Part shown: piece by piece, positions 1 through 8,122 of the stretch
How positions within the stretch are numbered: the stretch's first letter is position 1
Layout of the letters: every line of letters starts with the position of its first letter
IMG/VR virus record: IMGVR_UViG_3300035211_000082
Span: 1 to 57,151 of that record
Origin: a virus
Direction: 5' to 3' (one strand)
Length of the DNA stretch: 57,151 nt
Program-made: the position numbers and the translations under genes
Notes under the pieces: generated by a model
What the model saw: only the letters and a program-made list of their open reading frames with translations
The model's database searches: none
Told to the model about the DNA's origin: nothing

Positions 1-127
1 TTTTTTTCATAGTCTCTTACGTCTTGAAATTTTATTGTTTCATTAATTCTTACAGTACCATCAATTGACATTAATAATTCTAATGTATTTTTATCCTTCA
101 ATTCTGCGTATATAAAATATATAAGTT
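1..127. repeat. Terminal direct repeat identical to 57025..57151 (circular-closure overlap; unit genome 57,024 bp)
   Basis: Compared base by base: both copies run tttttttcatagtctcttacg...gcgtatataaaatatataagtt; exactly 127 nt. Confidence 0.92.
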
Positions 128-148
128 TGCTCATGCTTTTAATCCTCC

Positions 149-340
149 CTATTGTTTAATTCCTGTTATGTAATCATCAATAATTTTAATTACAAAATTT
201 TCAACATTAACCATTGATTTTTCAATTGTCTTCTTCATGGACTTATCATCATAAGTTCCTCCAAGATAAAAATAATCGCTTTTTCTGTAAATATATGTTG
301 TATAATTGTCTTTGTTAATGCTTGTGTATTTTATAAACAT
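149..340 (-). CDS. hypothetical small protein (63 aa)
   Basis: ORF in the minus-strand gene string, abuts next gene; no recognisable motif. Confidence 0.45.
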   Translation of the reverse strand: MFIKYTSINKDNYTTYIYRKSDYFYLGGTYDDKSMKKTIEKSMVNVENFVIKIIDDYITGIKQ

Positions 341-346
341 TATGTT

Positions 347-697
347 TCATCCTCCGTTTATTTCATTATAAAGTTCTGATAATTCGCTAACCATATTTAA
401 TAACATACTGTTGCCATAATATTTGTAATAACATTCCGAAACAATATTTACTTGTTCGTATATTTCTTCATCGCAATATCTATCTCCTATATATAAAATA
501 TACGACTCATAAAATGCTTCCATAGCTTCAGAGCACGCATTGCGTTTTATATATTTTTCTAATGTCTCAAATTGGCTAAAATCATCAGGAAATTTATTAT
601 CATCATTTAAGTCTTTTGCTAAATCTCCATATATGTTGTCTTTGTTTAAATAAGTTTTTAACATATATTGCTTGTATGTCATCATTTCAGTAATCAT
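347..697 (-). CDS. hypothetical protein (116 aa)
   Basis: ORF with ggagga-type SD upstream (aggaggataacac ATG); no recognisable motif. Confidence 0.55.
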   Translation of the reverse strand: MITEMMTYKQYMLKTYLNKDNIYGDLAKDLNDDNKFPDDFSQFETLEKYIKRNACSEAMEAFYESYILYIGDRYCDEEIYEQVNIVSECYYKYYGNSMLLNMVSELSELYNEINGG

Positions 698-735
698 TGT
701 GTTATCCTCCTATTTGTAATTATTAGCTCTTTATG

Positions 736-2760
736 TTAACATTTAGCTGAAGTATTATTTTTTTGTTCCTTTTTATCTTTATATTCTTTAGATTGATCAT
801 ATATGTTTTTGCGTTCAACAATATCAAGATTGAACGCTTTCATATTCTGAAGACAGACACGCCTTATTAATTCATCTACAAACTCTGGATAATAAGGGCA
901 ATCATTTTTATCTAAAAATATTTTTCCTTTTATATGTTCGGAGTCATCAGTATTTAAATCAAATAACCCTTTAACTCTATCAAATACTTTGAAGTGTCTA
1001 TTAACTTTTACATAAGTCAGCGAAACCATGTTTTTAGTTGCGCTATGAGTATCCAGCAAAGGAAGGTTAGTATCATTATATTGCTCTTCATCATCATTAT
1101 TTCTTAAAAATCCCATATCTAATTTTGACAACTCTTTTATTGAAAATAAATGGCATCTTTTCACCGAATTTATTCCATTCCATTCATTTCTTACATTTTT
1201 ATCTGTAACAAAATAATCTGTTTTTTCAATTTGTTTTTTAAATGGTGAAACTTTTTCGTAGCATTCAGATTTTATGTTAAATTCTCTTAAATATTTCGTA
1301 ACTTTATCATATGTCTTACTTAATCTTAAGCAAAACATATCATCCTTAATGCAATAATCATCATTTTCAATAAGATTGCCGTTATCTATCATTCTGCCTA
1401 TTAGTTCTAATGTGCTTTCCGAAACTGATTTATTTTTTGTTTCACCGTCAAGATTAAACATTTTTTGAGATCTTTTAATAATTTCAAATACGCCGTCTAC
1501 GTCTTTTGTAATAACGCCATTTTTCTTAAAAACATTAAATAATAATTTATATGATAGTGCAGACATTATAATGGTATTTTTTACTCTATCAGGCATTCTT
1601 TCATTTGATAATTTTTCTTCCAAATAGTTATATGTTTCTACAATTTCTTCATCAGTTATCAATAATGTTTCATTTAATAAAGATCTGCCAAGCCTCGTAA
1701 TGCTATCTTCTAACTTTTTTATTTTTTTCATATTAGCTTCATATTTTTTATCAAAATATTGCCTTGAAAACTCAACTAATAAGACTCGGTCTTTTGCTGC
1801 AACTTCATCTATCTGCGTTTCTCCTACTATTAAAAGAGGTGCTATAATTTGATAATTTTTATATGTTAGGTCTGGCTTACCTCTATGAAGCGCATGATTA
1901 TCATATAAACTTCTTATTATGCTAGATATTAAATCTATTCTGTATTTTGTCATTTTATGTTCCTTGTATTCTTCAATTATTATTGGAAATATATTGGTTT
2001 CCGTAAACTGCTTTAATATCGCAAACTCTTTAATTGCTGAAGCTATTGAGGCTTTTATACAAGAATATCCACCAAAAAATGGTACAAATACATTTTCAGT
2101 TGTTTCAGTTTTGCCGCTCCCAGACTCGCCACAAAAAAATACAAGTGGAGTTTTCTTTTTTAGGCATTTTATCCGTCTTATTCTGTAGTTAATGAAGCAA
2201 TTTGTTACTCCAGATAATACGCTATAAACAATTTCTTCAATGTTAAAATTAAATAAACATTCATTTAAAAGCTTTATATCTTCATAAGAAGCTGGATCTT
2301 CATTAAATGCATTATCGTTTAATACTTTTTTAGATACAGAAACATGCTTATTATTGTTAGTATTATCTACATAACTCCATTTGCCATCATGTTTAACAAT
2401 CCCAACATAATCAACACCATATTTGCATATATTTGATTCGTCCTCAGTAACAAAACATTTTATAGTTTCTAAATCATTATCATTCCCTATAAACTTTAAT
2501 GTTGCATCTATTTTATTTATTGATTTTTTAAAATCTTTAACTGATGTAAAATCCTGAATATCAAGAAGCATTTCTATGCATTTTGTTTCTTTTTGAAACA
2601 TAACCCTAATTTCTATAGTATCTTTATATTTAATAATTTCTTTGGGAATTATTACAAAGTTGCTTATTGTTATTGTTTCAGAATATTCATTGCCTTTTGA
2701 GTCTGTTTTTATAATATCTTTCATATAGCTATATCCGCTAGGCTTTATTGTGAAATTCAT
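736..2760 (-). CDS. replicative NTPase/helicase of the phage-plasmid primase-helicase type (P4/D5/DUF927-like)
   Basis: 674 aa; Walker A FFCGESGSGKT, Walker B-like LLIVGETQ; lies next to the iteron field; start abuts stop of AbrB-like ORF. Confidence 0.6.
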   Translation of the reverse strand: MNFTIKPSGYSYMKDIIKTDSKGNEYSETITISNFVIIPKEIIKYKDTIEIRVMFQKETKCIEMLLDIQDFTSVKDFKKSINKIDATLKFIGNDNDLETIKCFVTEDESNICKYGVDYVGIVKHDGKWSYVDNTNNNKHVSVSKKVLNDNAFNEDPASYEDIKLLNECLFNFNIEEIVYSVLSGVTNCFINYRIRRIKCLKKKTPLVFFCGESGSGKTETTENVFVPFFGGYSCIKASIASAIKEFAILKQFTETNIFPIIIEEYKEHKMTKYRIDLISSIIRSLYDNHALHRGKPDLTYKNYQIIAPLLIVGETQIDEVAAKDRVLLVEFSRQYFDKKYEANMKKIKKLEDSITRLGRSLLNETLLITDEEIVETYNYLEEKLSNERMPDRVKNTIIMSALSYKLLFNVFKKNGVITKDVDGVFEIIKRSQKMFNLDGETKNKSVSESTLELIGRMIDNGNLIENDDYCIKDDMFCLRLSKTYDKVTKYLREFNIKSECYEKVSPFKKQIEKTDYFVTDKNVRNEWNGINSVKRCHLFSIKELSKLDMGFLRNNDDEEQYNDTNLPLLDTHSATKNMVSLTYVKVNRHFKVFDRVKGLFDLNTDDSEHIKGKIFLDKNDCPYYPEFVDELIRRVCLQNMKAFNLDIVERKNIYDQSKEYKDKKEQKNNTSAKC

Positions 2761-2925
2761 TTAACCAGCTCCAATTTCTAATTTTTCAATAATCATTTTT
2801 TTACCTTCTATTTTCATAGTTACATATTCATCAAGCTTAAGATCTTCTTTTATTTTTTTAGGAACTAGCAAATATTCAGAATTGCCTATTTTCATTAACT
2901 GCCTTACTATTTTTTTATTTTTCAT
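2761..2925 (-). CDS. AbrB/MazE/SpoVT-type small DNA-binding protein (54 aa; not in ORF track)
   Basis: ATG at 2925 preceded by ggaggtg; MKNKKIVRQLMKIGNSEYLLVPKKIKEDLKL... fits the looped-hinge-helix pattern (IGNS..L.VPK.I); TAA immediately followed by helicase ATG. Confidence 0.6.
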   Translation of the reverse strand: MKNKKIVRQLMKIGNSEYLLVPKKIKEDLKLDEYVTMKIEGKKMIIEKLEIGAG

Positions 2926-2998
2926 GCCACACCTCCATATAATCTAATTTCTGCAACAATTAAATTATAGCATATAATCAAATCAAGATAAATATTTT

Positions 2999-3805
2999 TG
3001 TTACATTTTTTTTGTTACGTTTTTTTGTAACAGCTATAACTATTTATTTTAGCTGGTTATAGCTGTATTTAAATTTTGCTGTTACATTTTTTAAAAAATG
3101 TTACACCTGCATGTAACACTTGCAAGCTTGTATACTAGTAGAGTACAGCCATTTGTTACATTGTTACGCTTATTTTTTTTCATGTATTTATATATAAATA
3201 TATAAAAACGTAAACATATGTATGCATTTTTGTATTTTTTCTAAGTAGTTATAAAATAATATTATGTAACAATGTAACAAATATCTTATAATATAGTGTT
3301 TTTGCTGAATTGACCCTGTTACATTATTTTTTTTACATATATAACAATGTAACTTTTTATATATAAATCAAGTAATATAAATGGTTATAGCTGTTATAAA
3401 AAATGTAACAAGCAAATATATACCCTATTTTGCTTACATATTAGTAATTATTTTACATATATAATAAATTACAGCTGATTCTAATAAATAATAAGTAAAT
3501 AAGTTTTGTTACTTTGTTACCGCTCACATATATATAAGAAAAATAGCGGTTTTAGCTGGTAACAAAATCGGTAACACGAGGTAACAAAATTATAAGTCGT
3601 GTTACCGTTAAAACAAATCAAAATATATTTTTCTATATGGGGGTATAAATATATATATAAGTTACTTTAATAATAAAATAATATATATATAAGACTATGA
3701 CTAAATTTTTAGGGTAACTTTTAGGGTAACTTTAGGGTAACTTTTTTACATTTGAAAAAGTTACCCTATTACAAACCATTATTATTACTATGTTTATAAG
3801 GTAAC
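2999..3805. repeat. Iteron field / candidate replication origin
   Basis: 25 copies of GTAAC/GTTAC counted (often TGTTAC/TGTAACA, in pairs such as ttgttacattgttac, ggtaacaaaatcggtaacacgaggtaacaaaat), plus TTATAGCTG repeats; non-coding, adjacent to the helicase operon. Confidence 0.6.
3711..3767. repeat. Three tandem AGGGTAACTTT units plus one inverted copy AAAGTTACCCT
   Basis: agggtaacttt at 3711, 3723, 3734; aaagttaccct at 3757-3767. Confidence 0.85.
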
Positions 3806-3913
3806 CTATATTTAAACTGACATACTTATTAAAACAAATCGCATTTCACCTTAAAAAGATGACATATATATGATTTCACTAAAGTGGATTTCACAAAGTT
3901 TGAGTCTTGTAAA

Positions 3914-3939
3914 TTTTGATCCCGGCAAAGGAAAGAAAT
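3914..3939 (+). repeat. Left inverted repeat of the 890-bp non-coding module; contains CCGGCAAA motif
   Basis: ttttgatcccggcaaaggaaagaaat; reverse complement of 4778..4803 is ttttgatccccggcaaaagaaaagat (about 22/26 identical, 1 indel). Confidence 0.85.
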
Positions 3940-3960
3940 ACTCACTTAGTTTGTTAGATC

Positions 3961-3989
3961 TGTTAATTTAGATTTAGAAGTGTTATAAT
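3961..3989 (+). promoter_or_regulatory. candidate extended -10 promoter (TGtTATAAT)
   Basis: aagtgttataat; same RTGTTATAAT box recurs at 17947-57, 27261-70, 5033-42 (plus strand) and 15310-20 (minus strand). Confidence 0.35.
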
Positions 3990-4075
3990 TGTTGTGTGCA
4001 TTTTGATTATAGAACTTAGAATTGAAAAAAGTGGTTAAGAAATTAATCGCTTTTTTCGTGCTTGATTTCTTAGCT

Positions 4076-4099
4076 ATTCTTTCCTTTTGCTGGCTCAAA
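4076..4099 (-). repeat. Degenerate third copy of the module-end repeat
   Basis: attctttccttttgctggctcaaa; rc tttgagCCAGCAAAAGGAAAGAAT. Confidence 0.5.
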
Positions 4100-4302
4100 T
4101 ATTCACAACTATTCGATTGATTTTAAAACATTTGACTTGTTTCAAAATATTAAGATAAAATAAATTTATAAATATTTTTGATAAATATTTAAAATAATAA
4201 AATAACTAAGTATTTTATATTTTTTGTATATTTTGTAAAGAACTTTTGTATTTGTTAACAAGCTGGCAAATACATTTTTTTTGTGCTTATTTTGTCTTTG
4301 CA

Positions 4303-4330
4303 TTGACTTATTTTGAATATTTATTATAAT
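4303..4330 (+). promoter_or_regulatory. sigma70-type promoter TTGACT-N16-TATAAT
   Basis: cattgacttattttgaatatttattataat read directly; no ORF with an RBS follows for 700 nt. Confidence 0.6.
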
Positions 4331-4337
4331 TAACATG

Positions 4338-4645
4338 TTAACACAAAGTCTACTTTAGGCATTTTTCGACTTTACAAAAACGTACAATGTCAGGGCTTGT
4401 TGGAGTCAAGCAATCGAGAAACAGTATATACTTTATCTTGAGAGTTGGCGTAATTAGTGGCGTACGTCAGTCGACAAACTCAAAATCGTCACTGCCGTGT
4501 CTGGTAAACTAATGGTAAAGAAAAGTTATTGACGAATAACTAGTATCTTGGGTTCGATTCCCAAGTCAGGCTTTTATAAAATTCACTGAGGTTTACTATA
4601 TAAGATTAATTTAATGATTGGCGCTTGAAAGAGTGCTTTTTCTTT
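4338..4645 (+). ncRNA. candidate ncRNA (about 240-310 nt) ending in a hairpin series that includes a tRNA-like T-arm
   Basis: Starts after the 4303 promoter; locally higher GC. Hairpins: gcttg/caagc (4395-4411), agttatt-gacg-aataact (4524-4541), TTGGG-TTCGATT-CCCAA (4548-4564, canonical T-loop), then gtcaggctttt. Weak terminator gcgct..agtgc+T-run at 4621-4645. No cloverleaf found. Confidence 0.4.
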
Positions 4646-4687
4646 GCATAAATGATAAAATAGTATTTGTTTATAATTGTTTTTCAT
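4583..4687 (-). CDS. possible 34-aa ORF antisense to the 3' part of the candidate ncRNA
   Basis: agaggactaaaaaa ATG; MKNNYKQILFYHLCKEKALFQAPIIKLILYSKPQ; no similarity recognisable. Confidence 0.2.
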   Translation of the reverse strand: MKNNYKQILFYHLCKEKALFQAPIIKLILYSKPQ

Positions 4688-4777
4688 TTTTTTAGTCCTC
4701 TATAAGTTGATTTGTTGATTTGCTAGAAAGATATGAGTATTTGAAAGTTTTCGATACTTGTATCTTTTAGTTTGATT

Positions 4778-4803
4778 ATCTTTTCTTTTGCCGGGGATCA
4801 AAA
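4778..4803 (-). repeat. Right inverted repeat of the 890-bp non-coding module; contains TTTGCCGG motif
   Basis: atcttttcttttgccggggatcaaaa. Confidence 0.85.
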
Positions 4804-5013
4804 TATACGAATTACTATCTAAAAAACAAATCAACATCTCTTTTCAAAAAATAATATATATTTATCGTTTTTTTACTACTTTTTAAAGCCATTTACACAC
4901 TTAAAATAATTAAAGCTAATTTTATACGGCTAAAATTTAAATTGAGTATTTGGGCAATTAACTAACAAATAAAGGCATGTAAAACTTTTGTTATATATTT
5001 AACACTAAAGTAA

Positions 5014-5042
5014 TTGATTTATAATTAAAGTTGTGTTATTAT
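5014..5042 (+). promoter_or_regulatory. promoter TTGATT-N17-(TGt)TATTAT for the plus-strand block
   Basis: taattgatttataattaaagttgtgttattat; places the TSS after the 5041 ATG, supporting the 5074 start. Confidence 0.5.
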
Positions 5043-5073
5043 GTTAGAAAATAAATTATTGGAGGATAAAAAA

Positions 5074-5280
5074 ATGAGTAACTTTGATAGTCATAAAATA
5101 CCATTAACAAAAGATACGCCTGTAAGATTGCTAATGGATGACGGCACAGAATTATTCTTAGTATTAGACGGGAATAGTGTTGACATTAGAGCAAACCATT
5201 GTAATATTGCAATAAGGCCAAAAGCCGATAACCATATTACAATTATAAGGATTAATAGAACAATACCAAAAAAAGGATAA
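5074..5280 (+). CDS. hypothetical early protein (68 aa)
   Basis: ATG preceded by ggaggataaaaaa; internal Met of track ORF 5041..5280. Confidence 0.6.
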   Translation: MSNFDSHKIPLTKDTPVRLLMDDGTELFLVLDGNSVDIRANHCNIAIRPKADNHITIIRINRTIPKKG

Positions 5281-5285
5281 ATAAA

Positions 5286-5504
5286 ATGTTAGAAATAAAA
5301 GTAAATTACAAAAAGCTTGATGATGACATCAAGCACAAATATAGAATACCAAAAAAAGAAATTTGCAAAAACCTAGAAATAAGCTACACAGGCCTAAGCA
5401 AAAAAATCAAAAAATGCAATTTCAATGTTGCTGAGATGACTATATTATTAGACATATTAAGCATAAGTTTTGATGATTTTGTAAAATTATACTTGGAGGA
5501 TTAA
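5286..5504 (+). CDS. small HTH-type DNA-binding protein; paralog of 28803..29021
   Basis: 72 aa; both end ...(A)E(M/I)xILL(D/K)xLxISFDDF; helix-turn-helix-like centre (ICKNLEISYTGLSKKI). Confidence 0.55.
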   Translation: MLEIKVNYKKLDDDIKHKYRIPKKEICKNLEISYTGLSKKIKKCNFNVAEMTILLDILSISFDDFVKLYLED

Positions 5505-5507
5505 ATT

Positions 5508-5972
5508 ATGAATACAAACTTAGAAATAGAAAAAAAGGTAATAGAATTTAAAAAATACAAAGAAGAAAATGAAAAACTAAAAAATACTTGCGAATTGTTA
5601 ATCAAAGAATACAGAGAAAAAATTGAAGAATATAATAATAATATTCAAAAAGCAGAAGACTCATTAAAAGAACAATTGTTTAGATCAATACCTGACGCAG
5701 ACTTTAAAGAAACAAAGACTCAATTTAATTATAGGTTTCCATCTGGGAGTTTCATAAAGAAAAAACCAAGTAAGTCAATTAAATTAAGATCTGATTATAA
5801 AGAATCAGAGATACCTAAAGATTTTATTAAAATCAAAAAATCCGTTGACTGGATTAACTTCAAGAAAAATTTAATTATAAATGACGATAAAATAATTAAT
5901 AAAAACACTGGAGAAATTATTGAAAGTTGTGAAATAGAAACAAAACCTGAAGAATTTAGAATTAAAATATAA
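5508..5972 (+). CDS. coiled-coil early protein, Gp157/Gam-like; paralog of 49983..50465
   Basis: 154 aa; shares KETKTQ..Y..PS, EIP.(D/E)FIKIKKSVDWINFKK, NK.TGEI(I/V)ESCEI with the 160-aa minus-strand paralog; family name is from memory only. Confidence 0.45.
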   Translation: MNTNLEIEKKVIEFKKYKEENEKLKNTCELLIKEYREKIEEYNNNIQKAEDSLKEQLFRSIPDADFKETKTQFNYRFPSGSFIKKKPSKSIKLRSDYKESEIPKDFIKIKKSVDWINFKKNLIINDDKIINKNTGEIIESCEIETKPEEFRIKI

Positions 5973-5990
5973 ACCTGGAGGATAAAAAAA

Positions 5991-6215
5991 ATGAAATTTA
6001 CAATAAAATTGTCAGAAAAAGCAAATTTGATAGATCTTAAGAAATTAGAAATAATTGTTAAAGATTGGATTATTTCGAAAAGTATTGACTTAAAGAAATT
6101 TACTGTATACTTTACAATGAAAAATACAACACCTATACACTTATATAATGCAATTGCAACGCAAGACTATGTCGATAATACGTTTATTATGTATGATAAA
6201 ATTTGTGCAAAGTAA
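5991..6215 (+). CDS. hypothetical protein (74 aa)
   Basis: ggaggataaaaaaa ATG. Confidence 0.55.
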   Translation: MKFTIKLSEKANLIDLKKLEIIVKDWIISKSIDLKKFTVYFTMKNTTPIHLYNAIATQDYVDNTFIMYDKICAK

Positions 6216-6293
6216 ACTGTAAAGTATACAGTAAAGTATACAGTAAATTTACACAAATATTTTGCAATAAACAACAAATATTTGGAGGTTAAT

Positions 6294-6458
6294 ATGAACA
6301 TGTATTTAGATTATTTTTCATTCTGCGATGCTTGGCAAGAAAAAATTACTAGTGACATTTTTGATAAAATAATTACAGAAAAAGACAAGATAGAACAAGA
6401 AAAACGTAGCGAAATAATTGAAAGGCTAAAAAAGGATAAGAATGACAAAAATAAGTAA
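6294..6458 (+). CDS. hypothetical small protein (54 aa; not in ORF track)
   Basis: ggaggttaat ATG; MNMYLDYFSFCDAWQEKITSD...; overlaps next start. Confidence 0.45.
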   Translation: MNMYLDYFSFCDAWQEKITSDIFDKIITEKDKIEQEKRSEIIERLKKDKNDKNK

Positions 6459-6705
6459 ATTAAAGGACTTGAAAGAAATGACAGTTATAGCAATTATAGC
6501 AATGTGTATTTTGTTTTTTACAATTTGCAGTATTGCAGGATTAATTGGCAAAACAATAATTGAGTGCTTAAAATGGATATTTAAGCGTAATAAAGCTTCT
6601 AATTGTAATCTTACTTGCATTAAGTTTAATGAATGTATTAATCATGAGGACTGCATTAATTGTGTTGATTATGATAAATATATTGGTAAGGGAGATATTA
6701 AGTAA
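6442..6705 (+). CDS. small membrane protein with Cys-rich tail; paralog of 7013..7159
   Basis: hydrophobic IAIIAMCILFFTICSIAGLIG, then C..C..C..C and ...CINCVDYDKYIGKGDIK. Confidence 0.55.
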   Translation: MTKISKLKDLKEMTVIAIIAMCILFFTICSIAGLIGKTIIECLKWIFKRNKASNCNLTCIKFNECINHEDCINCVDYDKYIGKGDIK

Positions 6706-6968
6706 TGTTTAATTTATTTAAAAATATAGATGATAAAGTAAAAGATCTTGGATTTACAAAAGTTCATAGTTCAAAACTTGTAGAATGTTATGAAAGAAAA
6801 AATGAGCAATTTAATTATACTCATTGTGTAGATATAATTAGAAAAACAAAAAGGATTCCTATAGTACAAAGTTACCAAAAAGATACAGATAACATGGTAG
6901 GATTAAATATAATAGAGGCAAATATATTTATAAATAAAATAAAAAAACTTGGATGGTTTAAAAGATAA
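6705..6968 (+). CDS. hypothetical protein (87 aa)
   Basis: start overlaps previous stop (TAATG). Confidence 0.5.
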   Translation: MFNLFKNIDDKVKDLGFTKVHSSKLVECYERKNEQFNYTHCVDIIRKTKRIPIVQSYQKDTDNMVGLNIIEANIFINKIKKLGWFKR

Positions 6969-7012
6969 GATATGATGTTAAATTTGTTTAAAATATTTTG
7001 TAGTATTTAATT

Positions 7013-7159
7013 ATGAAAATTATAGTTGATGTGGAAATAGCTATCATCATGATATTTGTTTGTAATACAGATTGCGGTAAATATACTTGCATAAATAAAG
7101 AGAACTGTATTGATTGCATTGACTATGACAAGTATATTGGAGGTGAGGATTTGAAATGA
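7013..7159 (+). CDS. short paralog of 6442..6705 (48 aa; not in ORF track)
   Basis: MKIIVDVEIAIIMIFVCNTDCGKYTCINKENCIDCIDYDKYIGGEDLK; same C-terminal CI.C.DYDKYIG.(G/E)D.K; no clear SD. Confidence 0.4.
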   Translation: MKIIVDVEIAIIMIFVCNTDCGKYTCINKENCIDCIDYDKYIGGEDLK

Positions 7160-7521
7160 TATTCAATAATTTAGCAGACTTTATAATGACAATATTTTTT
7201 TCAAATAGAATAACATTTTTTAAAGATAAAATAAACAACAATACAGAAATTAAAAATAAAAAAATAGATATACAAAATACTACTTTTAAAATAGAAAAAC
7301 CTATAATTAAAGAAAATAGGCATACAACATCAGGCAGCGTTAATTATGTTAAGCCACAATTATATCCACTTTCAACCTCGTCATTAGAGCATAATAAAAT
7401 GAAATTTGAAAAGAAATATAATGTAAAACTAATTGAAAATCAAGATAATTTTACTTATTTTTTTATAAAAAATGGTAAAAAGCACGAAATATGTCAAGAA
7501 TATTTGTTAGATATGGATTAA
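7156..7521 (+). CDS. hypothetical protein (121 aa)
   Basis: ggaggtgaggatttgaa ATG, overlapping previous stop. Confidence 0.55.
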   Translation: MIFNNLADFIMTIFFSNRITFFKDKINNNTEIKNKKIDIQNTTFKIEKPIIKENRHTTSGSVNYVKPQLYPLSTSSLEHNKMKFEKKYNVKLIENQDNFTYFFIKNGKKHEICQEYLLDMD

Positions 7522-7545
7522 ATAATAATATTGGAGGATTAAAAT

Positions 7546-8100
7546 ATGAAAAAAATAAAAAGCTTATTTAAAAGAGATTATGACGGCAACAGAAAAGTTT
7601 ATAATGAAATTGTGCCAGGTTGCGAATGGGTAGCACATGGTGAGGGCGTAGCCACTAGAAAATTTAATGGTACGCCTTGCGCTATAATCAATGGCAAATT
7701 TTACAAAAGATATGATGTCAAAGATAAGGCTGTGCCAGTCGGGGCAATACCTTGTCAAAAAGAACCCGACATTGAAACCGGACATTTTCCACATTGGATA
7801 GAAATTGTTGATAATAAAGAAAATAAGTGGTTTATGGAAGGATATTATAATTTAGTAAATGCTGGACTTGCGATCAGTGGCACTTATGAACTATGCGGGC
7901 CTAAAATTAATGGCAATCCTGAAAAGTTTGAAAATCATTTTTTAGTGCATCATGGTTGCGAACAATTAGTAGATTGTCCTAGAACATTCTGGGGTATAAA
8001 AGAATATCTTGAGGATAAAGATATAGAGGGCATAGTATGGCATAGGGAAAATGGCGATATGGTTAAAATTAAAAAGAAAGATTTTGATTATAATATTTAA
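7546..8100 (+). CDS. conserved phage protein, possibly ligase-like nucleotidyltransferase fold
   Basis: 184 aa; ggaggattaaaat ATG; GEGVATRKFNGTPC resembles a KxDG-type lysine motif with N for D; weak call. Confidence 0.35.
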   Translation: MKKIKSLFKRDYDGNRKVYNEIVPGCEWVAHGEGVATRKFNGTPCAIINGKFYKRYDVKDKAVPVGAIPCQKEPDIETGHFPHWIEIVDNKENKWFMEGYYNLVNAGLAISGTYELCGPKINGNPEKFENHFLVHHGCEQLVDCPRTFWGIKEYLEDKDIEGIVWHRENGDMVKIKKKDFDYNI

Positions 8101-8122
8101 TTAAGTAATTGTAAAACTTGAT

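Noticed and set aside
1-127. 127-bp ends as genuine direct terminal repeats of the virion DNA
   Set aside because: The length equals the usual maximum assembler k-mer, and a gene reads straight through the junction. Circular-closure overlap is the more economical explanation. This cannot be settled without reads.
2999-3805. CRISPR-like array (many short repeats in a non-coding region)
   Set aside because: The repeat units are only 5-11 nt, irregularly spaced and in both orientations. There are no 25-40-nt repeats with unique spacers and no cas genes. Iterons are the better reading.
4480-4572. Possible tRNA (or class II tRNA with a long variable arm) ending at the T-arm 4548-4564
   Set aside because: I could not pair an acceptor stem with gtcaggc within tRNA distance, and could not draw a D arm or anticodon arm. 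The preceding hairpin agttatt/aataact does not sit in a valid variable-arm context. Kept only as a tRNA-like module.
5041-5073. ATG at 5041 as the start of the first plus-strand gene
   Set aside because: It overlaps the -10 box of the predicted promoter and has no SD, whereas the ATG at 5074 has ggagga at ideal spacing.
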